From Geosiphon pyriformis uo1 (Eukaryota; Fungi; Glomeromycota), in contig JAAOMT010000109.1 in the NCBI GenBank assembly GCA_016748015.1, positions 359,461 to 423,460 on the forward strand: a stretch of DNA of 64,000 bases. Direction: 5' to 3'. The position numbers were made by a program, and so were the translations under genes. The notes under the pieces were generated by a model. It searched no databases. It was given only the letters and a program-made list of their open reading frames with translations, and was not told the origin of the DNA. This document shows, one piece after another, positions 26,201 to 37,825 of this stretch; position 1 is the stretch's first letter, and each line of letters opens with the position of its first letter.

Positions 26201-27691
26201 TTCAATTATACAATACATTATAAAAAGGGAAAAAACAATGGAAATGCTGACAGTTTGTCACAAATAAGATAAATCTAAAAAAAAAAAAACCATTTCAACC
26301 CAAAAATATAACAAAACATGAATATACAAAAATACTAACAACTTCAGCATTATATAAATACTCAATTGTTCAAGGAGAAATTATCTTAAAAGAAACAAAA
26401 CAACATAAAACAGCAATCAAAATATTTTATCAACCATCAAAATATATTTTACTAGAAGAACAAAGAAAATTCTGATCAACCAACCAGAGTAATTACAGAA
26501 CCAAAAAAAAAGACAATATTATTCAACATGCATTCAGATTTAACAGCAAGACATTTTCATAAAGAAGTAACTATGGAAAGAATCAAAAAGAGATACTATT
26601 GGCCATCAATGTATTCAGACATCATCTAATATGTTTAAAATTGTGATGCTTGTCAGAGAAGAGATGGAACAAAACTTAGTGAACCATTAAGACCAATCAA
26701 AGTAGGATAACCATTCGATTACATTAGAATTGACTTAGTCGAACCATTAACAATTACCAATAGAGGCAACAGATATATTGCAGTAGCTATGGACTATCTG
26801 ATCAAATAGCCAGAAGCAAAAGCCATTTAAAAAGCAGATACAGAATCTGTTGCCAAATTCATTTATCAAAATTTGATTTGTCAACATGGATGTCCAAAAG
26901 AACTATTATCAGATTAAGGAACACACTTGTGAATAAAACATTGACAGAATTAAGTCAAAGATTTGGGATAAAAAGACCATTATTATTATCATACCATCCA
27001 TAAACAAATGGGCTAGTTAAAAGGTTTAACAGAACATTGTGTAAAGCCATTGTCAAAATCAGTCAAAAAAACCAAAACAAATGGAATTTGTTTATACTAT
27101 CAGTATTATTTGCTTATCAGACAATAAAACAAGACTATACAAGCAACACCATTTGAATTAGTATATGGTAGAACAGCAACATTATCAGTTGAAATAGAAG
27201 TCAACACTTATTCAACAAAATCAATAATAAAAGACAATTTTTAAAAAAAGTTGCTAAGAAGAGTATATAAATTAATGGGAACACTAGAAAACAAATGGCA
27301 AAAAGCAGCTGATAACATTCAAAAGTCACAAAAAAAACAAAAAGAAAGACACAATAACCAACTATCAGATAAACTAGTTGGATTCAAGATTGGAAACAAA
27401 GTACTTTTACATTATACTAAAGTAGAAAAACAATGGAGTAGAAAATTTGACCCCAAATAAGATAGACCATTTTACATAGAAAAAATTCTTGGAAATGAAG
27501 CTTACAAATTAAGGTTGAACAACAAAATTTTAACCAAAACAGTACATGGTAATTGACTGAAACCATATTACCATATAGTGTTACCAACCACCAGTAATAT
27601 TCCACAATTAGGAGTACAGAGAATACTAGTCCAACCAGATAAAATTCTATGAGATCTGGAACCAATCATAATCATTGGACCAAACACGTAA
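20237..27691 (+). pseudogene. gag-pol: A gag-pol in one net reading frame: gag, CCHC, protease, Cys-rich domain, dUTPase, RT, RNase H, integrase with GPY/F
   Basis: ORF pieces at 20237, 21209, 22349, 23066, 23543, 23804, 24053, 24548, 25493 and 27251 share one frame. CHNCGKQGHIRANC 21881-21922; LIFDSGSAG ~22580; YLDN 25475; TTDAS ~25920; H..H/CDACQ ~26530-26655; KFDPK.D.PF ~27445. Stop TAA 27689-27691. Confidence 0.92.
24053..24450 (+). pseudogene. dut: trimeric dUTPase domain within pol of element A
   Basis: All five motifs in order: DAGFDL; ASRNSLA (RSS); GIIDTEYVG (ID.GY.G); KIAQ; KEIQRFGSTD (RG..GFGSTG). Confidence 0.9.
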
Positions 27692-27731
27692 AATTGAATA
27701 ATAAAAAGAGAATATAAAAAACATAATAGAC

Positions 27732-28391
27732 ATGACAGAAGACTTCAGAAAAATGGAAATCACTGACAACATCCACTCACTGGCACAACAAATCTTCCAA
27801 TTAATTTAACAACAGAATATAGAAATTATTATTAATCAACAAACTATTAGATACCAAAATACTAGAAAAATACTGAAATACAAAAATCAAAAAAAAACAG
27901 AAAACACTATTGACAAAATGGTTCTAAAAATAAAATTAGCAATAGAAGAACCAACAATTGTCACCACATATCAAGAGTTGACCAAAGAAATTTGGAAATG
28001 GTAGATACATGAATTTCCAAGAAACTTTTGTTATTTCCACTTGGAACAACACTTGAGTATTTAGAACTTATACAGAAATAAAACAAAACGATTATTTAAC
28101 ACAACAATATTGCAACAACTGGAACAATTTGTGGGCAAAAACAATTTAACAATACAAGCAAGAGCCATCTATTGATTGCATGCTAGATTCTAAGACAGAC
28201 TGGAAATTTTATTCAATCCGAAAATGGATTTCATTACAGTTAACCAAATGGGAAAAATAACCAACACCCAATTTGAAGAATTACAGAACAAAATAACTCA
28301 AGTAATTCTCGAAAAAAAAGTTCAAGAAATACTCAAAAACAGAAAATTAGAGTTAAGAGATTTGGAAGATCTTGACAAAGCTCAATATTAA
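27732..28391 (+). pseudogene. ORF3: conserved extra sense-strand ORF (219 aa) of unknown function between pol and the PPT
   Basis: ATG 27732 to TAA 28389-28391 is exactly 220 codons with no frameshift. The five internal stops are each one transition from Gln, Trp or Arg. Homologs are present in G2, E and H. Confidence 0.8.
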
Positions 28392-28405
28392 AAAAAAAGG
28401 AATAA
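28390..28405 (+). promoter_or_regulatory. polypurine tract
   Basis: AAAAAAAAAGGAATAA directly before the 3' LTR. Equivalent tracts at 44240-44255 and 48400-48415. Confidence 0.8.
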
Positions 28406-29285
28406 TATTACTCATAGAATATAGGAAATATATATTAGCATAAATTAGCCAATCAGAAATAACTGTAGTAAATGTGGAATTTCAGAATTTTTCTCAAGAG
28501 GAATTGCAGGATTCCAAGAATTTCAGAATTTTCATATAAAAAATTGCAGGATTCCAGAATTCCAGGATTTCTCTTAAGAAAAATTGCAGAATTCCAGAAA
28601 TTCCAAGATTTTTGGTATCAAGAAGTGAGAAATCAAAAAATCTCAATTATGTATATATAGCAGTAGTATTAGAAGAAAAAAAAAGGGCAGAATTTTTTAA
28701 TTAGAGACTTCTCAGTTTAGATTTAATCTAAGCAATCTTTTAAATTACAAATATTAATAAATAATTATTCATTATCTCTAATTTTACTCTTTCTATCAAC
28801 ATTTTATGTTGATAACAAGTAATACTTAATCACACTAAAACAATAGCTCTTGATCACGGCTATTGATGAAATACTAACTTGCAAATTGTCTTGGCTTATT
28901 TTCTTTATTTTTTTTGTTTTTTTTTCTTTTTTTCATTTCTGTGATTTTATTATTGTGTACTAATTAATTGAAAGAAAATAATGTACAGAGTACTGACATC
29001 AAAGTGACTGGTAAAAAACCCCGAAATAAGAGTAGAACACTTAATTGAGAATAGCTTACCAGAAAGATTACTGGTTATTACATTGAGAAAAAAATTGATG
29101 AAACTGCGGTTTCTAGAAGCTACGGATAATACTATCAGTTAAATCTCTGTTTATTATACAAAAAACTCTACAACAACACCTTCAGATCAATATCATTTTC
29201 AGAAACCACCACCATAATTCAATTAATTAAGCACCAAGTTACAGGTTGTTATTTGATTTGAAACCCCAAATAATTATTTGTAATA
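28406..29285 (+). repeat. A 3' LTR (880 bp)
   Basis: Termini TATTAC..GTAATA (transition-mutated). The 56-bp length excess is essentially accounted for by extra U3 repeat units. Confidence 0.95.
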
Positions 29286-29588
29286 TTATACAAAATAGAA
29301 AATAAAATCATTATTATTTAATTATATTATATATTATAAAAAAGAAAAAAAAATAGAAAAGTTGATAATTTGTTATAAATAAAACAAATCTAAAAACATT
29401 TCAATTCAAAAATATAACAAAAATAAACACACAAAAATATCAAAAATTTCAACATTATATTAATACTCAATAGATTTAAAATTGTAATGTTTATCAGAAA
29501 AAAAAAAGAACAAAACCTAAAAAATCATTAAGACCAATTAAAGTAAAACAACTGTTTAATTAAATTAAAATTAACTTAGTCAGATTAT

Positions 29589-30522
29589 TGTTATTCATAA
29601 AAAAAAGCACAAGAGAAATAGTAAGAAAATAGACCAATAGGAAAAGAGTATTGAGTATATAAACACATTGCTGGTAAATTATAGTACATTGCTCAGCAAT
29701 GTGAACAATGTCAATAAATTATAACATATTGCTTAGCAATATAAACAATATTAGTAAATTAGAACACATTACTTAGCAATATAAGTATTGTTTAAGAAAC
29801 TATAGCACATTGCTCATGAATGTATAAGATCTCATAGAATATCAATTATATATATATAGTAAAAGTATTAGAAGCAAAAAAGACAAAATTTTCAAAAAGC
29901 TAGAATTTATAGCAAAAACACTCAGTTAAAAGCAGTTCAAATTCATATTACATATTAATAAATTATTTATTACTACTTAAATCTATATTATCATTGCTTA
30001 ATTAAAGAATATCAAATTATCTCTGTTCTATTAATACTCTATGTTGATAAAAGTCAATACTTAATTACACTAGAACAATATCTCTTAATTATGGCTATTA
30101 ACAAGATACTAATTCTTATTTTCTTTTCTTATTTTCTTATTTTTCTTTTATTTCTTTTATTTTTTTGTTGTTTGTTGATTTATTAACTAATTAAAAAAAT
30201 TAAGCACTAAGTAATTGATATCAAAAATAGTCTAATAAAAGACTTCAAAGGAAAGGTATAAAGTTAAAAAAATTTACTGATAGCTTATTAGAAAAGTATA
30301 ACTGCCAGAATAAACTGGCCATTATGCTGAAGAAAAAAATTTAATGGAATTGCAATTTCAGAAAGCTACTAACACAATCATTAAATTTTTGCCTATTATA
30401 CAAAGAACTCAACCAAAACTTTCAGACAACCAAAACCTTAAAAATTACCAACTATATTAATTATTGAACACCAGTTATGAGTTTGTTATTTATTCTAACC
30501 ACCCAAATAATTACCTGTAATA
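29589..30522 (+). repeat. E 5' LTR with ~40-bp palindromic tandem units
   Basis: Pairs with 44256-45200. The unit core ACATTGCT-C-AGCAATGT is a palindrome (array ~29665-29820). Confidence 0.9.
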
Positions 30523-30585
30523 TTTGGTGCTCTCTGTGAGGTATAATCCAGCAAAAAACCAGCACTAACAGCAATTATCTAAAAC

Positions 30586-33500
30586 AGTAGCAGAATCAGA
30601 AGAAATAAGGACAAACCACTTGAAATTCATAAAATTTTTATTTCAACATTACCAAAATCATCTGAGATTGACAAATAATAGTTGGCCAACAGAATCAGTT
30701 TTCAATTGTTATGTTAACAAACAAATTGTATACTACTTAGAAAGTCAAAGAGATTTAGAATTTGCTTTTAACAATTTTTTTAATGAATTACTTCAATATA
30801 TTACACTTCCACAAAATTATCTATTTATACCATAAATTACAAAAATAAACAAAAAAATTGAAAAAATACACCAAATAAAAATTCTTTATCATCTTTGCAG
30901 ACAAAAAAAAGGAAGATTGTAAACACCAGCAGGAACACTAAGACAGATAAAACCACCTACTTGAAAGAAACTAAGAGTCAATTTACTGATACATTTATCA
31001 TACTATTACATATTCAGAAGTACCATCAATATAACATTAGCAGGCATGTCTATATTTAATGCAAAAACATTATTAGTTAGAATTTTGTTCCAAAGTAAAC
31101 AGAAAAAAGCTAAACTATTGAAAACCTATAGTAATTATTTTGAAAGATTTAATTTATGATTAACAATACTATTAGAACTTTGATTACCACTACTACTATT
31201 AGATTTTAGAGCTACCAGTTCTTAGAAAATAACTGACTTTAAGGAAAAGGAAGATAGCAATTAAAAAATTAATATTCAAAATCTGATCACAGAAAACCTA
31301 GAAATTCAAACGCCAATTGTTCAAACTCAGTAAAATCTGAACAATTCAAACTCTGCTTCTATTGTTCTCCAAAATCTACCTCTAGTAATTATAATAAATC
31401 TACTAGTTGTTCTAATTACCAAACAACAACAACAACAGCTGTAACTATTATTCCAACAACAACTTTAACAACAACTACAACCACAATAGCAACAACTTTA
31501 ACAACAATTACAAACATAATAGCAACAACTTTAACAGTAATTACAATTACTACAATAACAACTTTAATAACAACAATTATAACTGGTATTAATAATCTAT
31601 GTACCAATTACAAAACTTAAAAAATTTATTGATAAAAAAAATAGTATGCAAATCTGGCTTAATAATGTGAAAAAAGCCATTACAGCCAATAGATAAAATA
31701 ATGTCAAAGCATTATAGACAATGTTATACTTTTTTCAGGATACTGCCAACTCATGGTATCAAAGCTTAATTCAGAAACCCCAAGACTTTAACATGTTTTA
31801 ACTAGAATTTCTAAGATATTTAGTAATAATAATAGCATCAATCACTTAGCAAATACTTTCACAATTATTAAACAAAGAAATACTAAAGCCATCACCACTT
31901 ATCTAAGATGCTTCCATAAAAATTTGCACCAAATACAAGCAATTGACATGAATTACTTTACAGTACTACAGATTTTGAACCAATTTATCTATGGACTATG
32001 CAGTAGTATTCTCCAATGTGTATGTTCAATGTATTTACAAACTCTCTAAGACACAATTATCCATGCCCAAGATTTCAAATCAGCTGAACTAAAAATTAAT
32101 TATACCCAAGCCATTAATCTAGTAATGAACAGATTATCTGAATTGGACTCCAAGTTAAAACAATTTAGTAATTCTATTAATCAAAAATTAAAAAAATATT
32201 TAGCTAACAATCAAGCAATTTATAAACTATCATAATGTTACAATAATCCAGGAAACACAAATAGTCCCCAAAATCAACCATGTTTATTATCATCAATCAA
32301 TTAATAGTGGTGACAAGAGATGCATAGTTGCCATTATTGTGGTAAACAAAAACATTTACAATTCAAATATTGCAAATAGTTAAGTAATTAATGATCAGAA
32401 AATCAGTATTAAAACTTTGATCACCAGTTTTAAACTTCAAATTATCATCCAAATCAAGAATCTTATTAACCAAATTACTTAATAATAATACAACAACAGG
32501 TATATATACCACCAATGAATTAAATTCTAATACCAGATATCTATCAACTCTAGCAGTCATCAATAATTTATCAGCCAGCCACAATTTAAATATTGTTACA
32601 AAACTTAGATTAAATATCTGAAAATCCAAGACTAAAAATTACTTACACTCAACAAAACTGGCAATCGGTAATAATAATATATTAACTAATCCCCAGCTTA
32701 TTGCAACAGTTATCAGAAGCACACCAACAAAGTTTGGGAACAGAGTACTCTCAAAACCCAAGTTCTCAGAACTATTTAAGTCTTTTGATTACCCAAAAGA
32801 TGCTTTATCCAACAACCTAAAATCCAATCCAAAGTAATCAATCAACCACAATATACTTTTAGTAATCATCACTAATAACAAATTATTAACTATTATCTTT
32901 TCATTCAAAATTGAAAAACTTACAACAACATCTTTTTTTAATAAAGTTGCTCTTAATACCAAACTTATTATAATGATATATACTGATGCCAAAGTTAATA
33001 GTCAGTCTATTAAACTGATTCTAGACAATGAATTAGCCAGCAGCATTATTAAATAACAATTTATAGACCAATTAGGTCACCAAGTTGATTGTATTGTCAG
33101 CATCAAAATTATTATAGCTAATAAAGTGACCAAAACTTTTATTGGTAAAATTGATAACTTTTTTTTTAAAGTTAATAGCATTACCACTTTTATCAAAGTA
33201 TTAGTCATAAAAACTACTCAATACCAAGCTCTTGTTGATAATGACTGGCTGTATAAAACCAATACAGTACTTGACTGGAACACTCAGGAATTACAACTGA
33301 GCTAAATGGCCAAAATATTTAAGTACCAGCCACTTATATTTATTTTAAGACCACTACTAACAAGCAATCACTAATTGAGTTAGAAAAAAAAAAAACCTAC
33401 CTGTAAAGCCTATCAAGTTTCATGAACTGAAGAAAAACATAACAAATTACTATTCATATCTTACTGAGAAGAAAAAGGAAAAAGAAAAAAAAGAGAAGAA

Positions 33501-36500
33501 AAATTCACTTTAACTACTATCTTTATTTATATTCCATATACTACTTTTTATACCAATTCACAGTATTGTTGATCAAAGTTAATTTGTGTTGATTGTGACA
33601 AGAAATTGTCATTAATGGATGTATGCTGTAACAATGATAAGAAATGACTCATGACAACAAAATATTACTATTGTTCATACATTTTTGAACATTTTAAATA
33701 ACCAAAGTGACAAAGAAAATAAAACAATAAGTCTTGTCTTATATGTAAAACAATTCTTCTTAACAAATGAATATGAAACAACATTCTTGAGTAAGGCAAA
33801 ATGTGCAATAAAAAATGTTAGTAAATGATTTTAATCAATAATTGAATATGAAAAAGGACTCCAATTGATAATGTCTAGAAACAAGCACTAAAAAACTTAA
33901 AGAGATATTTACATAACAAACACAAAATCTAGAAAATAGCAAGTACTAAACTTGAAAATATTTCCTTAATGAGCTGCTAGAAATTAAGAATAATCTATTC
34001 ACACTATCCAAACCAGAATACATTCTCACTTTTGACATCTTTGATAATATTAAAAACAATCCAGAGCAATTTTATGAACACTATTAAGACTTAGCACTTA
34101 TACAAAAAAAGCAAAAACATTATTTAAAAGAGCTAAACACTTGACTATGTGACCATTGTTTAATTCTATGTGACTTCAAGTATTGTGATGATTGTAATCT
34201 TATCTACAATTTACCACCACAAATGATCTATTCAATCTTTGAAGAAGAAGAACCAATTAAAAAGTGTGCTTCAGAATTAAACTTAAACTTCAATTACAAT
34301 TTAAACTTTGATAATAATAGTAACAACAACAATAACTTTAACTTTGTCCAAACTAACAACTCAACTAAATATAATTTAAACTCTAATAAAAACTCAGAAC
34401 AATATATTGCACTTTCAGATCTTACAAAAAAGCAAAAACTGAAATGGTTTAGCAATAATGATAAAAATATTATGTTAAAATAAGAACATAATATTAATAT
34501 AGGATTTAATCTAAGATATCCAAAAAAATATGTTATAACATTGGAGTCTAATATGTGCACTTGTATTAATCTGAAAGTAGCATTAAAAATACCAGCAACA
34601 ACTATGGTTCAATTAGTATTTAGATCTAATTTAGTGAAAAAGAGAATTAATATCAGAGAAGGAATAATTGACACAGAATATGTAAGAAATATTATTGTAA
34701 TACTATAAAATAATTCAGAAAAATCATATATTATTGAACTAAATGAAAAAATAGCACAGACAATATTTCTATTTTTAGTAAAAATAGCTTAGTTAGTATT
34801 AGTAAAAACAAGAAAAAAGTTAGGAATTACAACAAAAGAAAAAAATAGATTCAAATCAATGAGTAAAATAGATGTATTAATTAATATGACAGAGAAAAAA
34901 ACCATTAATAAAAAAAAATTATTTTTATCCATCAACCAGTTTTTATTTTACTATATGACTAGTACATATTAGTAATAAAAAGAAAAATAAGAAATCAGCC
35001 CCAAATTTTTGAAGCAGAACTAACTATTTGTAAATCAGGAAAGATTGGAATCATTAATCTTTACATACCAGCCAAAAACTGTAAACACATCAAAATTTTC
35101 ATCTATAATACAACTGAAAACATTATTAAAATACAAAGCAGAATTACCATTGGATATTTAAGCACTAAAGTTAAAGACTAATCACTAAATACTATTCCAA
35201 ATTTTTTACAACTATGTAAATATGTGAATATTATATCACAAACTATATACAAATACAAAGAATATTATTTGTTATAATCAAAACAATTAGAACAAATGAA
35301 CTTAAGAAACTTAAATCCACTTTAACAAATACAGCTCAAGATATTGTTAAACAATTTTACTAATATTTTTGCCAGTAAAAATAAATTTAGCAGAACTGAC
35401 ATCATCCAATATTAAATTAAAACTGGAGATACTATGCCAATTAAACAATAGATATACTGAATACTACCAGCTAACCATAAGATTATTTGACAAAAAATTA
35501 ACAGAATGTTGAATAATAAATTAATTCAATTATTAATGAGTTCATGGTTATTACAAGTAATACTAGTCCAGAAAAAAAATGGGAAAATCTGCTTTTGTGT
35601 GAATTACAGAAAACTCAACAGTATTACTCATAGAAACAGTTATCTGACTTCACAAATTCAAGAATTATTTGATGTTTTTAGAGAAAAAAAATGGTTTTTT
35701 ACATTAAATTTGAATAATAATTATTGGCAAGTAGCCATAAATTCAGTTAACAAAAAGAAAACAGTATTTATTACCTAAAAAGAGAATTTTGAATTTGATG
35801 TTATGCCATTTGGCTTAATAAATGTGCCAGTCACTTTTCAATGGCTTATAGAAATTGTCTATACCAGATTATTATAAAAATCAGTAGTAGTCTATTTAGA
35901 CAACACCAACATATTTTTCAAAACATTTGATAACCACTTTTATTATCTTTAACAAGTGTTCAAAAAATTAAGAAGAGCTAAATTAAAATTGAATACAACC
36001 AAATGCTTCTTTGGTAAAACTGAACTGAAGTTTTTGGGATATGTCATAAGCAAAAATAGCATCAAGACAGATCCAAATAAGATTGAAATTGTTAAAAACT
36101 TTCCAGTATCAACAAATCTCACTAAATTAAAAATATTCTTGGAATTTGCTGGATATTACTATTATTTTATTCAAAACTTTTTCAAATTGCTCAACCATTC
36201 TACCAGTTCTAGACCAAGAATATAAAATATAAATAGATTAAAGCTCAACAAAAAGCTTTTAATATTTTAAGAAGAAAACTTATTCAAGCCCTAGTACTAA
36301 TTTATCTGAATTACAGCAAACTATTTATTATTATTACTGATACATCAGGCCAAGCATTGAGAGTCATACTATTACAAAAAAGACCAGATAAAAAAAAACA
36401 CCCAGTAGCATATATCAGCCAAAGCTTAAGTCCAGTTAAAAAGAACTATAGAACTCCAGCACTAGAATATTTGGCTATTTATTGGGCTGTTATTAAATAG

Positions 36501-37825
36501 AAAAAATACTTGAGTCAAAAGTTTGACATATATACTGATTACAAAGAATTGACATTAATTCAGAAACAAAAATTTGAAAACAACTGCTATGTAAAATAGA
36601 AAATAGAACTTTTACTATTTAATTATACTGTATATTATAAAAAAAAAAAAATGGAAATGCCAATAGTTTGTCATAAATAAAATAAATCTAAGAACATTTC
36701 AACCCAAAAATATAACAAAAAATAAATACACAAAAATATTTACAATTCCAATATTATATTAATACCCAATAGTTCAAGAAAAAATTATATCAAAATAAAT
36801 AAAACAATATAAAACAATAATTAAAATATTTTATTACTTACCAAAATATACTATATTAGAAAAACAGAAAAAATTCAGATCAAATACTTAGAGTAATTAC
36901 AGAATTAGAGAAAAAAACAATACTATACAACATACATTCAGATCCAACAGTAGGATATTTTCATAAAAAAGCAACCATAGAAAAAACCAAAAAAAGATAT
37001 TATTGGTCATCAATGTATCTAAATATTATTTAATACATTCAAAATTGTGATACTTGTTAGAGAAAAAAAGAAACAAAACTCAATAAATCACTAAGACCAA
37101 TTAGAATAAGACAACTATTTGATTGAATTCAAATTGACTTAGTTAAATCATTAATAATAATCAGCAGAGGTAATTATTATATAGCAATAGCTATAAATTA
37201 TTTCACCAAATGGCCAGAAATAAAAGTAATTCAAAGAGCAGATGCAGAATTTGTAGCCAAATTCATTTACCAAAAATTAATTTGTTAACATAAATGTCCA
37301 AAAAAATTATTATCAGATCAAGGAACTTATTTTGTGAACAAAACACTAATAAAATTGAGTCAAAAATTTGGAATTAAAAGACTATTATCATTATCATACT
37401 ATTCACAAACAAATGATTTAGTTAAAAGATTTAACAGAACATTGTGTAAAACAATAACCAATATTAGCCAAAAAAACTAGAATGAATAGAATTTGTTTAT
37501 ATTATCAGTATTATTTGCTTATCAAACAATAAAGCAAAATATCATACAAGCAATATCATTTAAACTTGTTTATAATAAAACAGCAACATTACCAGTTGAG
37601 ATAGACATCAATACATATTTAATAGAACCAATAACAGAAGCCAATTTACAAAAAACATTATTGAAAAAAACATATGAACTAATAAAAACTTTAGAAAACA
37701 AAAAGACAAAGAGCAGTTAATAATATTTAAAAGTCACAAAAAAAACAAAAAAAATGATACAATAACCAATTACCAAATAAATCAGTTGAATTCAAAATTG
37801 AAGACAAAATATTTTTATGTTATAT
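30586..37825 (+). pseudogene. gag-pol: E gag-pol (decayed; dUTPase ~34475-34870, RT ~35380-36200, integrase ~36720-37825)
   Basis: Collinear with A. YLDN at 35893-35904. Interrupted by F at 37826. Confidence 0.85.
31420..31580 (+). repeat. CAA-rich (poly-Gln-type) tandem expansion in E gag
   Basis: Repeated acaacaactttaacaacaa(c/t)tacaa units, longer than the equivalent Gln tract in A. Confidence 0.7.

Larger units (their letters stand above)
19351..29285 (+). mobile_element. Gypsy element A, structurally complete (~9.9 kb) but inactivated by point mutations
   Basis: LTRs 19351-20174 and 28406-29285, PBS, PPT, gag-pol and ORF3 are all present. 4-bp TSD ccat (19347-19350) / ttat (29286-29289). 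Inserted in the RNase H of G2. Confidence 0.95.

Noticed and set aside
27460-27691. Chromodomain at the integrase C-terminus
   Set aside because: After the GPY/F-like module only a short tail follows, without chromodomain aromatic motifs.
20237-28391. Alternative genetic code (TAA/TAG = Gln) explaining the in-frame stops
   Set aside because: Stops also replace Trp and Arg, mostly differ in position between paralogs, and come with missense transitions in catalytic motifs. This is mutation, not recoding.
27732-28391. ORF3 as an envelope gene
   Set aside because: It is short and has no signal peptide, hydrophobic transmembrane segment or furin/fusion motif.
28476-28611. Heat-shock elements in the U3 array
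   Set aside because: Only isolated TTCnnGAA pairs occur; GAA-TTC spacing is mostly 0-1 nt, so there is no three-unit HSE.
28476-29820. CRISPR-like arrays (palindromic repeats)
   Set aside because: There are no unique spacers and no cas genes, and the repeats are duplicated within paired LTRs.
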